A stretch of 62,545 nucleotides of DNA, counting the filler, from Choristocarpus tenellus KU-1152 (Eukaryota; Protista; Phaeophyceae): assembly GCA_964200185.2 (NCBI GenBank). It is 10 parts of 10 records of this genome, joined end to end, with 100 filler letters (N's around TTAATTAATTAA, not from the genome) between each part and the next. Parts side by side here need not be neighbours in the genome. Positions count along the whole stretch, not along the records: positions 22,160 to 42,275 come from CAXNAD020000416.1; 9 more parts are not named here. One strand, 5' to 3'. Below are positions 24,652 through 37,500 of the stretch, in pieces. The position numbers and the translations under genes are program-made. Positions within the stretch are counted from its first letter, which is position 1, and every line of letters starts with the position of its first letter. Below the pieces are notes generated by a model, which was not told the DNA's origin, did not search any database, and saw nothing but the letters and a program-made list of their open reading frames with translations.

Positions 24652-25590
24652 AAAAACTAGTCGAAATGATTCCTCTTAAGATCAGGTAACATGATGCAGA
24701 GAATAATGAAATGTCGAAATTAATTGTTACACCAATGTGTACGGTGTTGTAGACTATGGTTTATGCTTGGTATTGTTCAGGTGCACTTGTATCACATTGA
24801 GATCTCCCTAGGTTTGGCAAATTACAACGACCTGCATCTCTTCCATCAAGTCTTCACAATCGAAAATTAGGACTTGAAACCTAGACCAATGTTATACAAC
24901 GAAAAAAACATACACACAAGATATCTCAGTTGATTCGGGACACCCACATAATTGAAGCTAAAATGGCAAGAAATTGTTTTACTTAAGGTTTGTTTGGTCG
25001 CATTTCCCACTGCTGAGAGGTATCTCCGGGGTGACCCTAACAACCTGTCTGCATGTCGAACAAGTTTATGAAGAAGTGCATCAAAATGAACTGGAAGTGC
25101 ACAAAATGTCCCACAGACAAAAAATATGGAAACAAATGAAGGAACATGAAAGGTGACACAACTCATTCCAAGCCAGTAGCGGCTGAGGTTGAAGTTGTTG
25201 TACTTTATGGTATGAACCATTTCAAACTAGCAAAACCCAAACACACCAGCACACATTGCATTTGCTTTTTCACTTTTTTCGCACACATGATGGGACTCTG
25301 CATTACCCACATTGTGCTCTAATCCTTTGTGTGCTGACCAAGATCAGGTACGCCTATATTATAGACTACTCCATAGGGTGCAGACGGGGAGGGCCTGATC
25401 ATCATCGCGTGGGGCCTGCAAAATATACCAAAAGCAGTATAATTATCCAAGTTGTTCGCTGGTACAGAAAACAAGAGGCGCAGTTCATGACTGCACCCTT
25501 TCAGACAAACAGTCCAACAATATTGCTACTCCTCGGCAAGTCATGATCTCCAATGATGCGGCAAATACAGCAAATCTGGCGCCTTCGTCC

Positions 25591-28500
25591 TTAGCTGAGG
25601 AGTTGCCTACTCACAAGATTTGCGTACATACTGTTCCTAGTCACCAGCTCAGGATGTGTTCCGCTGGGCATCAAGGATTGCAGCAAGGACAATGCGGAAT
25701 GAGGTGTACAGCAGGGGAGGAAAGTGTCAAATTAAGAATGTGTCCAAGGTCAGATGACGGGATTGCCTCGCTATTGACCACTTGCTAGGTATCTCAAATT
25801 GTAATGCAGCTCAATTGGGAATATGATAATACCTTTTTAGAGGTCTTGTCCACTCATGTTACTTACTTTACCTCCCATTAGAGTGGGCCTCTTTCCAACC
25901 GTATCAAATGTTTCCAATTTGCCATGCCCAAATCAACTAAAACCAGTTCCCATTGCAGTGAACCGAACCTTAGTCACAACACAATGCACCATGAAAAGGT
26001 CGTTCATATAGTTTAGGGCAAGACCATATTGGGTAAGATGTTCATACAAGCCAGGACGTGTACCTATGTCATGATCATTGAATATTCTTAGCTTGGCCTT
26101 CAATGTAATACGGACAAGTTCGCTGTGGCATCGAAAAGTCAAACAGCACAATAGAAGGGTTGTGCTTGGAGTCGCAACAGATTGTTTTCTCTTCCTGAAA
26201 TGCGCCTGGAATTCACCACATCTTCTAAACTATTCCTAATTGTGAACCAGCGGTACTACACTTCAAAGTATCAAGGAAGGTCCATACTAGTGGTCTCGAC
26301 TTGAAAACTGCAGTGTTAAGACAATGCCGTAATATAATGTCGAAACTTGAGATTGAACGAATTGTGATCTTGTACTGTGGTTGATTGTGGTGAAGGAGGG
26401 TGCCATAGTGCAATGAATGTGAGTGTACCTCTACAAAGAAGGATGTAATATATTCAAAGTTAAAACATCTTCATAACCCTTCTTCACAAGGTGCCAAGCC
26501 TCTACTCAGAGCATGTATTTCTTCCTTTAAGCGTTTCCAGGAATAAACACAACCTTCACCAAATAACCTCTGACTATGCATATCTTGTCACTAGGTTCAT
26601 CAGCCAGAATTCACCGGTGCACATGTTGCACTATGCCCCCCCCCCTCACCACAATCAACCTGCACAGTACAAGAGCACGACCAATTCAATCCCAGGTTTC
26701 AATATGTAACTGTCTTCCTGAGTTGTCATCAGAAAATAATCCTTCAACAAGTAAACTTTGATACATTACTAGACTCGATCATATTTCCAACGTAGCTACA
26801 ATGAGTTAACCTACAGGAGATGTTACTACTAGGCAAAGTCATTGCCCAGGTACATGTGCTAACCGCAAGCATGCAGGAAACAAACCAACGGTAAAGAAGG
26901 GGATCATGCCACTAGACAAGAGCTCCACTGTCCACAGATGAGGACATCCATACCAATAACTCGAATGGAACCCCCCAACACAGATTGAAAAGGTTGTAGT
27001 CTCAAGCTCTTTCGTTTGCTCACAGTGTTGCAAAATCGTAGAAGAACAAAACAGGGTTCATAGATACAACATCAAGTTGTTGGTGCAGCAAAGATAACTA
27101 ATGAGAAAGCTTGGATCACTGAGAAGGTAGAAAAAGTAATCAACTTAGTCCATTTTCTCATCCCCTCCAGTTCTCTTTCCCCTAAACATGACACCAATAA
27201 CGACTTTACTCGTTGGTGACAACATGTTCTACTCCAACAAGCACACAAATCACAAATATCCATAAATTGATGCCAGCGCCTTCACATTTTTTCCATTTTT
27301 TCACATACCTCTCAACCACCCTACCACCATCAAGGCATAAGATCTCATCCGCATCTCGAACAGTGCTGAGATGATGTCCAATGACAAGCATAGCCTGACG
27401 GCCCCCCTTGCCCTTGTGTTGCAGAATGAGTTCATCCAAGGCCTGCTGGACATGGTACTCGCTTTCTGCATCCAGAGCACTGCATGCCCATGCCACGGGG
27501 AAGTTTAGGAGATTGTGAAATGATTATGCCCACCAAATTCAGTTGAAAGGGAAGAGAGTTGAGCATGGTCATGTCACCCTTCCTTCCCAATTCCTAACTG
27601 CGAAAACCACTTCTTCAAAACTGTGTTAATTGCATGTAAAGTCTTCACAGTCTCACCCGATCAGTGTCGTCTTCTGCTTGTAAGGCATGCAGGAGGTGTA
27701 CCTTTGTCCTATCACCAAGTGAGCGCAGCCAACATAAATAATAAAATCATATCGTAGATGACACGAAACAAGCCAATTCTCACTAACTTCCTATTGCGGA
27801 GTCGGCGCTTGGTATTGACAATAGAGGGTACAATATGCGCCCACCCAGAGCTAACATGCTAAAAGAGCAGGGCTTCTGGGCCAGCCTTTATGTCTGCACA
27901 CGTAAAGTATGTGTATGTGTTTGTGTTTGTATGTGTGTGTGTGTATGTATGTTTGTAGGTGTGTGTGTGTATGTGCGAATGTGTGTTTGTGTACCTGATG
28001 GCAGCTACAATGATCTGGGCAGATTCTCTTTGAGAGAAAGGTACACCAATAGTATACTTGTAGTGTTCTTGATATTGTTTTCGTGATTGAAACATAATTA
28101 TTAGCATTTTTCCTACTTATCAAGAACAGTGTGATGTACTCTTGTCCAAACAGCACTTACTCTCAAGGGATATGCTGTGACCTGTTGTAATTGTTCAAGG
28201 GGGAGAGTCTTGCTTAGGAGGTTCACCGAGTTTCTTGGAGACTGCACTGTACAGGCTGAATACATCAAACTGACTGGCACACTATCATCCCTAGCAAAAA
28301 ATATACCCAGACTCAAACCTTGACTGGTTGTCACACACTATATAATAATCTCTCTGACTATACAAGAGAGTATGTACAGTAGTATGAAGTTAATCGGTTG
28401 AAGTTTGAATTGCACCCGTGATAGGCAAATAATTTCTCAACCCGTTTCTTAGTTGTTTTTTGGGGGGGGCAAGGAAGGACTTGTTCAGTACATCAAATTG

Positions 28501-31500
28501 AATCAATTCCACGGACTGATCACCAACCAACCTAGAAATTGGTGGTTGACGGAGTGATATGATGCTATTCATTTACGGCAGACAGTACAATAAAATTCCA
28601 TATATACTGTCAGCATTTACTTTTCTTATTCATGTTGTACTGCTGACTAAACCGAAACTCTATTATAAGAACTGGACTTGTCAGGGATGGCAAGGTAAAA
28701 AAAAAAAAATGATTTGTGAAGGAAATACCCACGGTTTTCTCCTACACCAATGACAGCCACCCATTACAATAAAAATAAAAATCATTTATCGATTTTTCCT
28801 CTTGATTTCTCACAAATCCTTCCTCATGTCCACACCTCACAAGAACAAAACCCCATAAAGACATGGCCTTTATGTAGTGACAACAATAAATCAACTCTGG
28901 AGCATATTCTTGGCACAAATAACTCCCTCCCCAGTTGTGAGAAAAAACCCCTGCAAGTATTAGTGTGCATACCCTATTAACAACAAAAAGTATCTTGGGG
29001 TGGTGCAAAGTCTTACTGGAGGATGGTGAACCTGTTAATGAGTTTCCACATAGTTTCAATATCTTAGAAAAAAGTGTAATATACACCTTAAGTTGTGAGA
29101 GGTAATAAAACAGACACAACTATCATAAATTCATCGTCAGATCTGCACAACCCGTTGGTCAGGAAGGTAAAGGCCCTCGAATAAGAGTGAATAGTTGGAA
29201 GAAAAATACTGTACCGTATCGAAAAGCTTGTTGCAAACACTCTCATGCACTCCATTACAACCAAGCCCTTTGGTTTTGATGTCCTTCATTGTTCCACCTC
29301 TTCAATAAAGCGATTCTTTCATCAATACCCATCCACAACACTCCCTTTCCACAAACAAAGAAAAAATAATAAAATAATAAATTATATATATATTATATAT
29401 ATATACGTAGAGAGAGATAAGAAAGAAAAACAAACACATTCACCGTGATGCGATACAGGAGGACACACCTGGTTGCTTCGTCAAGGACAATGATCTTGGG
29501 GTTGGAGATCAAAGCCCTAGCAATGGCAATGCGTTGTTTTTGCCCCCCTGACAAGCGGACCCCTCTCTCTCCAACGAGGGTGTCGTAACCGTCGGGGAAC
29601 TGACTGATGAAATCATGGGCATGCGCAAGCTGTTACGGAGAAGCCAAAAGGACCAAGGATCCACCCACATCATGGAAACGGTCAGGACCAGTGGATGTGA
29701 ACAAGGAGACAGACAGGAAAGGGATATTCGTTTCAACACTTGGGACTACTCCAGAGAACGGTAAAGACACAACCTTGATAGAGATAAGAAAGCCATGAAC
29801 AAGATTATCACAATCCAACCATTCGAACAGTAACCAGCATTGAAATTAAAGTGTTTGACTGGGTCACCTGTTTTGATGCTCTTACGAAATGCTGTACATG
29901 AACCTTTGATTCTAATTGCTGACTGCGTCAAACGTTTTTCAGATTAAAGTGAATTCATCCCTCCTCACCAAGACTTTCAATTTGCAACATCGATGTCTGA
30001 CAGGTGGGGTGGATGGAACTGAGGTACGGATCAAGCTGCAAAACATGCAAGGATAGGGAAAGAATGTTGAATATTACTCTAACGAAAAAAGAGTAAGTCA
30101 ATATGCGATTTACCTGAGGATGAACCACTTGATATCAAGACAAAATAGACCTGATCCTGAACACACAAAAGAGTGCTAAATATATGCTAGAGCAGCTATA
30201 CTCAAAGTGCACCATACACTAAACGTTCTACAAGAAAAAACATACCCTGATTCCACTGGGAAGCAAATGTAATATATAATTTTGATGTAAAAAGTCACTG
30301 CATGTACTCAGCAGCACAGAAGATACTTGCGACAAACAGCTAGATGTCAACCTATACGAATATATTCCAAAACTGGCATCAGACACTTCCACCTGACTCC
30401 AACACCCTAAAAAACATACAGGATACAGTTGACAACCCCCCCCCCCCCCCCTCTCCCCCCCCCCCCCAAAAAAATCAAAAAGAAGCAATTCCCCCCCCCC
30501 CCCCCCCCCCCCACAGAATATAAAAAATACGACCCAACACACGTGAGTGTCCAACGCCTCAAGGCTTTAGCAAAACTGGAAAGTGCGAGTAGAACAGACT
30601 AGCACTCTTAGACGCTCGATGCACCCATCATCACTAAGGTGATAAACATTGAGATATCACTCTTCGACTGGGGCAGGCGTATTTCAATGTTCAACAAAGT
30701 CAGAGGCTGAGGGGGACCTTCCCAGCATAATCCGTGGTCCATCACACCACTGATCTTACACTCTCCCAGAGTGGCCATCTACATTTTCATGTTTCCTCTT
30801 CAGCCCATCCCTGGACGATACTCCCACTCCATCTTAATCATCCTGCCGTTGTGAGTCGGGATCGTGATCTAGCCAGGAATTTGATCCCACAACCTCCGAT
30901 TTTCATCAATATTTGTGTGACATTCTGCCCAGGCGGAACAGTGATATCTAAACAAATAATAAATAAACAACGAAGTCTGCGTGCCTGTGCTGGATAATGA
31001 GATTCTGAGATTCACCCCAAAATAACTTGGAATGAAACCGAGGAACAAAAAAATCCCAAGGGCCCCACACAAACCCCGTCGAACCGGCCAATCAATGACT
31101 GCCAGCAACACACTCTTAGCCCTTTGAAAGACCCCAGAATTGCTCAAGATATCAAGTTTTTCACAGGCCTGGCAAATGATAATGGTACCGTCTCCTGCTA
31201 GGTCCTGTCCCACAATTTTGTGAAATGTCCCTGTCCATGTCCACAGGTTGGATTGGGTCTAGCATTCACTAACATTTCCAGACCATGTCCACAGGTTGGA
31301 TTGGGTCTAGCATTCACTAACATTTCCAGACCATGTCCACAGGTTGGATTGGGTCTAGCATTCACTAGCATGTCCAGACCATGTCCACAGGTTGGATTGG
31401 GTCTAGCATTCACTAACATGTCCAGACCATGTTGACGGGTCGGATTGGGTCTAGCATTCACTAACATGTCTGGACCATGTCCAGTAAGTTTTGTATTAGT

Positions 31501-34500
31501 CCAGTCCATGGGTCAAACGGGTCTACTCCTTGACCAGTCTGACTCAGATAAACCCGTCCAGTCCATTTCGGCACTCCACGTGAACATGGATGAAATAGAA
31601 AGCAATCTACCAGAAAGTACGAAGGAATAAAACTGACATATTAACTGAGAGAAAAATGGTTCCTGGAACTTCTTTTTACACATCTTTAATGCTTGCTTGC
31701 AAAACGAGTTTTGTTTTGGTTCTGTTGTTCTATTAGTAAATAATGTAGACAATAAAATATGCAGTGGATTACGGGTTGAGTTACCCTGCTTACAAATGAT
31801 ATGTAGGGGGTCTGTATCATGTGGGTCTTTTCAGGTCAGAGGGGTTGGAAAAGTTGGAGATTGCAACGTGAACCAGTTGTTATTGGCCAGTCTTGTGAAT
31901 CAGTTAGAAAAAAACATTTTTGACAAAAGGAACGCTCACATTTATCAGTAAAGCATATATATAGATATAGATATAGATATATTGGCTCTTCCTGTGCTAG
32001 CGAACAAAATGTAGAAAAGAAAGGTTATTAACGAAAAGAACTGGTTCTTATCAAACAAATATATCCACAAAAATATTTTACAAAAACCTTACACAATACA
32101 ATAGTACATCTTGAACAACAAAGATGGCAGTTATTTTATAAACATCCCTACACCGTGACAATAATATTTAGAGTGATGGATGCTATGATATGGCCAGCCA
32201 GCGTGTCAAATACATTTTTTATCCGGCCGGCCTGAGATACAAAAATCCAAACACATGTCTGAGTCCATGGCCATCACTCTTTCAACATGGTCGTCACAGG
32301 CCGACCCGATACAAGCAACGTTTATCATGGACAGGGTCCATGGCCATGGACTTCTTCAACATGGCCGGACAGAAAAAAGGTGATGGTGGACATGCTAACT
32401 GCCCGTCCTGGTGAAAATACTAACCCTCCAAAATACCGTTCAAGTGGTGAAAGTTCCGCCTAATTATCAACTCCCATAGAAAGACTGGTGCTTATACTAC
32501 TTATTTGGACCGGAGTCCACCATGGAAGTATGCAAAATAGATGAAAAATAACCCTGGGCTGGCCTGAGAATAATGTTTTGACATGACCAGCCCTGGAAAA
32601 GTGTTACGTACCCTGGCCAGCCGAGGCAAGTTCCTCCAACAGGGCTGTAAGGGGCCTTCAGGAAATACCAAGGGACCAAGTCAGCCCTGTGTAAAGGGTA
32701 TATGGGTGTGGATGCATTGATCTACAGAAACAACACTGCTAATCCCATTACAACTACTAATTAAGTCCTCAAAACCAACTCCCCTACAAGAACTAAAACT
32801 ACTGCTTTGTACTACTATATCCCCAAACTTTTACATCTAGAACTATACTTGAAGTTTTTCCTACATTTCTTCACACATACTTCCAAACACACAGACACAC
32901 AGACACTGCACCATATTCTTTACAATTTCCTTATATCCCTTCCCACAAGATCTATACACAACAGTAGCAACAAGAACAATGAAATTAAGCTCTTCCACGA
33001 TATTCTTGAACGATCCCTTTCATTCCTTCACACATAGCTCTCTCTAATTGCACAGGTATAAACCTCCAACAAATCCGAAAAAGTCCCAGATAAATTTAAT
33101 CACTTTCCAGATTAAAGAGACACAGCCAGCCAAGCACCCCACCCACCTTGGCCGCCCGCTCAATGTCAGCTTGGGTGACCTCCCCTGCATCTCCTCCATC
33201 TCCATCGAAAGCCCAACCATTCTCCAACTCATCTTCTAAGTTACCAGCAGTGCCCTTGCCCCCTCCTCCATAGGGACCCCCACTTGGTTTTCCACTGCTC
33301 TTTTGAGCTCCTCCTCTAGGTCGCCAACCGTAGGCGATATTGTCACGAATACTAGAGGAGAAGAGCACTGGCTCTTGACTCACCAGTCCAATCTACAGCG
33401 TGAGAATTTTCATGGAAAGTATATATTCAGATGTATTGACCATGACCCGACCAATATCAAGGCCAGGATGGAAAAAGCCAGAAAATGCGACTGGATGGCA
33501 GACATGTCAGATGGGCAGGTCTGGGAGGTTGGGCCATTTCTATCATAGTGAAAAAAAAGCAAGAATTGGGTTTTCAAAAAAACAACCTCACATTAGTTAC
33601 AAAATACTACTATCATCCATTAAAACGAAAAATGCGTATGCTTGGATTGTAATGGAGAGACAGAGAAAAGGATGAAGAGAGAAAAGAGAGGCAATCTCTC
33701 CTTGCTGATATAAACTGATTTTATAAAAGGAGAATCACTGAACTTCACAACAGACGAAAAAGCTAGACTTATCATCTCTTGAAGGTACCACGGCCCCAAC
33801 GCTAAGAAAAACATAGAACTATCTCCAACTTGTCTGAAAAAATCTTAACCCCAAAACACTAGTGTCAAAAAAATGTGCCCCTGTAGCAGGCCAAACCCTA
33901 GTTACCAAAATCGATGCCGTTCAAACATAAGTAAACCACAATCCCTTCTTTGGGAATAGCTTATTTTAGTCCTGACTTCCTGCGGGTCGTATCATCTTCA
34001 AATTTCATTCTCGACTTGCTGTGCATTTGCACTCTCTTCTCCATAATGGACTGAAGCAGGGCTTACTTCAAAACAACACAATGATTGTAGAAAATACATC
34101 AACTCTAGCCCTAACCCTAACCCTAACCTCAAATACCTTGTCGTTCTACAGTATATTACTAAGAAGTAAAATATCCTAGTAAATCTTCAAGGAGCACCTA
34201 GCCTCAAAACCTCCAAGACAAAGTGAGAGTACCTCAACCGTCCCCTCAAAGCTAACTCCAACAAACTCCAGCAGACAAACTGCTCCATCCAAAGAACAAG
34301 AATAGAATAGAAATTATGGTATGAAAGAAACAATAACGCCAACAGAACAACAATGTAACCGCCACATCGAGCAAATAGGACACAATCACCCTGAAATTTT
34401 CCTACTTCCACCTCAGTGCTACTAGTTACTAATATTATTATCATAATCATCATCATCAAGATATAGATCGAAGCTGGTACAGTACACCTCAAGCGCACTT

Positions 34501-37500
34501 CACCATTAGAGAAAAATCCAAGCCCTAACACTAAACATACAACTAAAAGTAAGCCAGCGTACAAAGCTAATAATATCATACATGGCACAAAATAGAGATC
34601 CCTAGAGGTGTTCTCAAATGTACCTTTTTTTTTCATACATGTTTGTGCATGTCTGTGTATTTATGTATATGTGCCCAAGAGCACCGCCCCAAGGAAATAG
34701 AGTCGCTACAAAAGAGACCCCAACACCTTCCAACAAGCCATTTCCTCCCTAACAGTACCTGAGACCTGATGTAGTAAGGATGCAAGGTGCGTGCATCCAC
34801 ACCATCCCAGTAAACCTTGCCACCTACAGGGTCATAAAACCTGTGAAGGCGGTAACACGAGTGCACAATTATGGGTGGCAGGATGCAATGTCACAGGACC
34901 CCTGGAACTGTTATATTGGACATCATGCCTAATAGCTCTGACCGTCTGCGCAGAGCGGGTTAGGGATAGGTTGGGACAGGGGGCTAATCAAGCCATAGCT
35001 TAGTTGTCCCACTGTGAGCAGGAGAGGACTGTGCACGAGGACATGAGGTGGTTCAATACATGGTTCCCTAGACTATGGCATTCTGTAGTACAGCACTGTA
35101 ATGTCTCGCATCACTCTACAGCACCATGTAGGTTCTGCACCATAGATGGAATCCCTTTCTCTTTCAGGTTGGTTGGGGGAGATGAGGGAAGCATGGTGTA
35201 CAAAATTCTGATTCTGATCTATGGAATCTCTAGACTACGTTCACATGTGTGTGACAAATAGGAAGATACGACAGTATTGTTGTAGCCAAAAGAGACGTAA
35301 ACATGGCAAAGATGTCCAGAAGCATGATGGGCAAAAACTGTCTGAGAACATTCAAGTATTGTTCCTGTGCATGGATGAGATCCTGCAATCCTTCAATATG
35401 AAATCCTGACCAACCTCATGCATATTGGCCAAGTTCTATTTTTCAATCAATGCACTAACAAACTCACCTGTACTATCCACCCCACCAAGTTTCTGACCAA
35501 CCTCATAACAATCGTAGATATACTTCAGAGAAGTACAGATCTCGAAACAATACTTCGTTTTTAAAATACCCATGTATTTCCACTGACTGGACACTTTCGA
35601 TTGCCCATGGATAACTAAGCAGCGCATTTTACCAACACATCAAAAACTAATTTCATCCATCAAGTACAGGCTTCTTTTCAGTCATCTTCGACACCTTGTC
35701 TCTACACTTACCTATTCAACACACTACTTTGAGTGTCTTCTTGTGAAGAACGCAATCAATTGATAATCCTAGCAGATACTACCCCCCCCCCCAACACAAC
35801 ACAACACAACACAACGTCAGCAGTCACTTTCACTATGTAACAGAAAAACACACTTGCCGTAAATTGACAGTAGTTGAAGTCTTCTGAGCAATGAACCCAA
35901 ACATCTACTTATAAACCAAAAAACTCAAATGGATATTCTACCTCGACTACTGTTGACTACTTTGATGTCAAGATCTGCGCTCAATTACTGTTGGGAAGTA
36001 ACCTTTTGGTGAATGACATCGGATCTATGTCATTTGGGGTACTACAAACGGTGAACTAGAAGGGTAGCAGATAGAGTAACTTTGTTATCCCATATTTTTT
36101 CTAGGGATCCTGCTACCATAAGCAGATAAGAACACCTGGCAGTAGGGATGAAACATACAGGTGTGAAGCACCACTATATGAGACAGAGGGGGAAGAGAAA
36201 GTCAAGATCAGATATGTGAAGATGAAAGACCAATATGCAGATTTGATCGGTGAAGAATTGGTCTAGCCTCAGTTGGCCTCTCGTCTTTACGTATCAACTT
36301 CTGACCTCTCCTCTCCCCATCTGACTGATATAGTGCTACTTCACACCTATACATTTCATCCTACCACCAGATGCCATCCTTTGATCTAACTCCCCCCATC
36401 AATATCCTCTATCAAAGTCACGTTATACTCCTTAATAGCAGGCTCAAGAAAATGACTATATGCCCAAGGTAGATGACCTCCTTAGCCGATTCACAAGGAA
36501 AAATACTCCACCTCAGTGGACTATGATGTAACTGTATCTTGCATCCTTGACCACGTTACACAAACGCACATAATAATCACTACACCTACTGGATTACCCA
36601 GCTAATGCAAATGTCACAATCTGTGAGGAGAGGGTTGGGATTTGTGGGAGGGCAGCTGGAGGTACCTCATGAGCAGTGCCACCACGGAGCTCTTCCCGCC
36701 TCCTGATGCACCAACGAGTGCAACCGTCTTGCCAGGGGACAGTGTAAGGCTCAAGTCTTGTAGGACAGTCTGTGAGGGATGGAAACAGCCGAAGTGGAGG
36801 TATTACAGTTTCACATTAGGGTTAGGGATATGGGTAGGGAAGTTGGTGTGATGGGATTAAGAAAAGGGTGGGGTTATGGATCTATGTAACAGTGCAGCTT
36901 CCCTCATACCTGACAGAGTAAAAACAGCACCGTTGTGTCACTTTCACTTTCAAGTTGAGATAAATCAGAGGTTTGACAAGAAAAAAATACATCCTTAGAC
37001 TCATCCGTACCCCCCCAATTACCTCAAGGTGGAAGTAGTGAGTGGATACTATACCAAGGGTTTAAATAGACTCATAAAACTGCATCAGACAATACTCATA
37101 TATAATATATGGGGTCAGACTACTATAGGTAATGGTTGTCTGTCAACCTAAAATATTTATCGTATGATGGAAAATACTTGCTCATTGTAGAGGGTGCTCC
37201 TACGGCTCACCTCATCTCTAAAATAAATTTCTCTAAACTATTAGGCGAAAACTAGCGTTTATAACTCCTACTCATTCGTGGAACAGCCAATACTTAACAA
37301 AATATTTTGAACTTCGATTTTGCCCAACCGTTGATCATGTCTTCATATTGAGAAGCAGTTCTACCAGTTTTTGTTGAGGGTCGAAATGCGGCCACCTCTC
37401 AAAAAAGGACTCCAGCAGTTATCAGCATTCCCAACGAATGTGCACTGGAATGAGGGAGGTGACCCATATGGGTGATCATGAGAGCTGGGTGAGATGGTTA

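Noticed and set aside
31235-31483. 48-bp array as a CRISPR array or repeat-protein CDS
   Set aside because: Units are contiguous with no unique spacers, there are no cas genes, and it lies in a eukaryotic intron; the open frame follows from a stop-free 48-bp unit.
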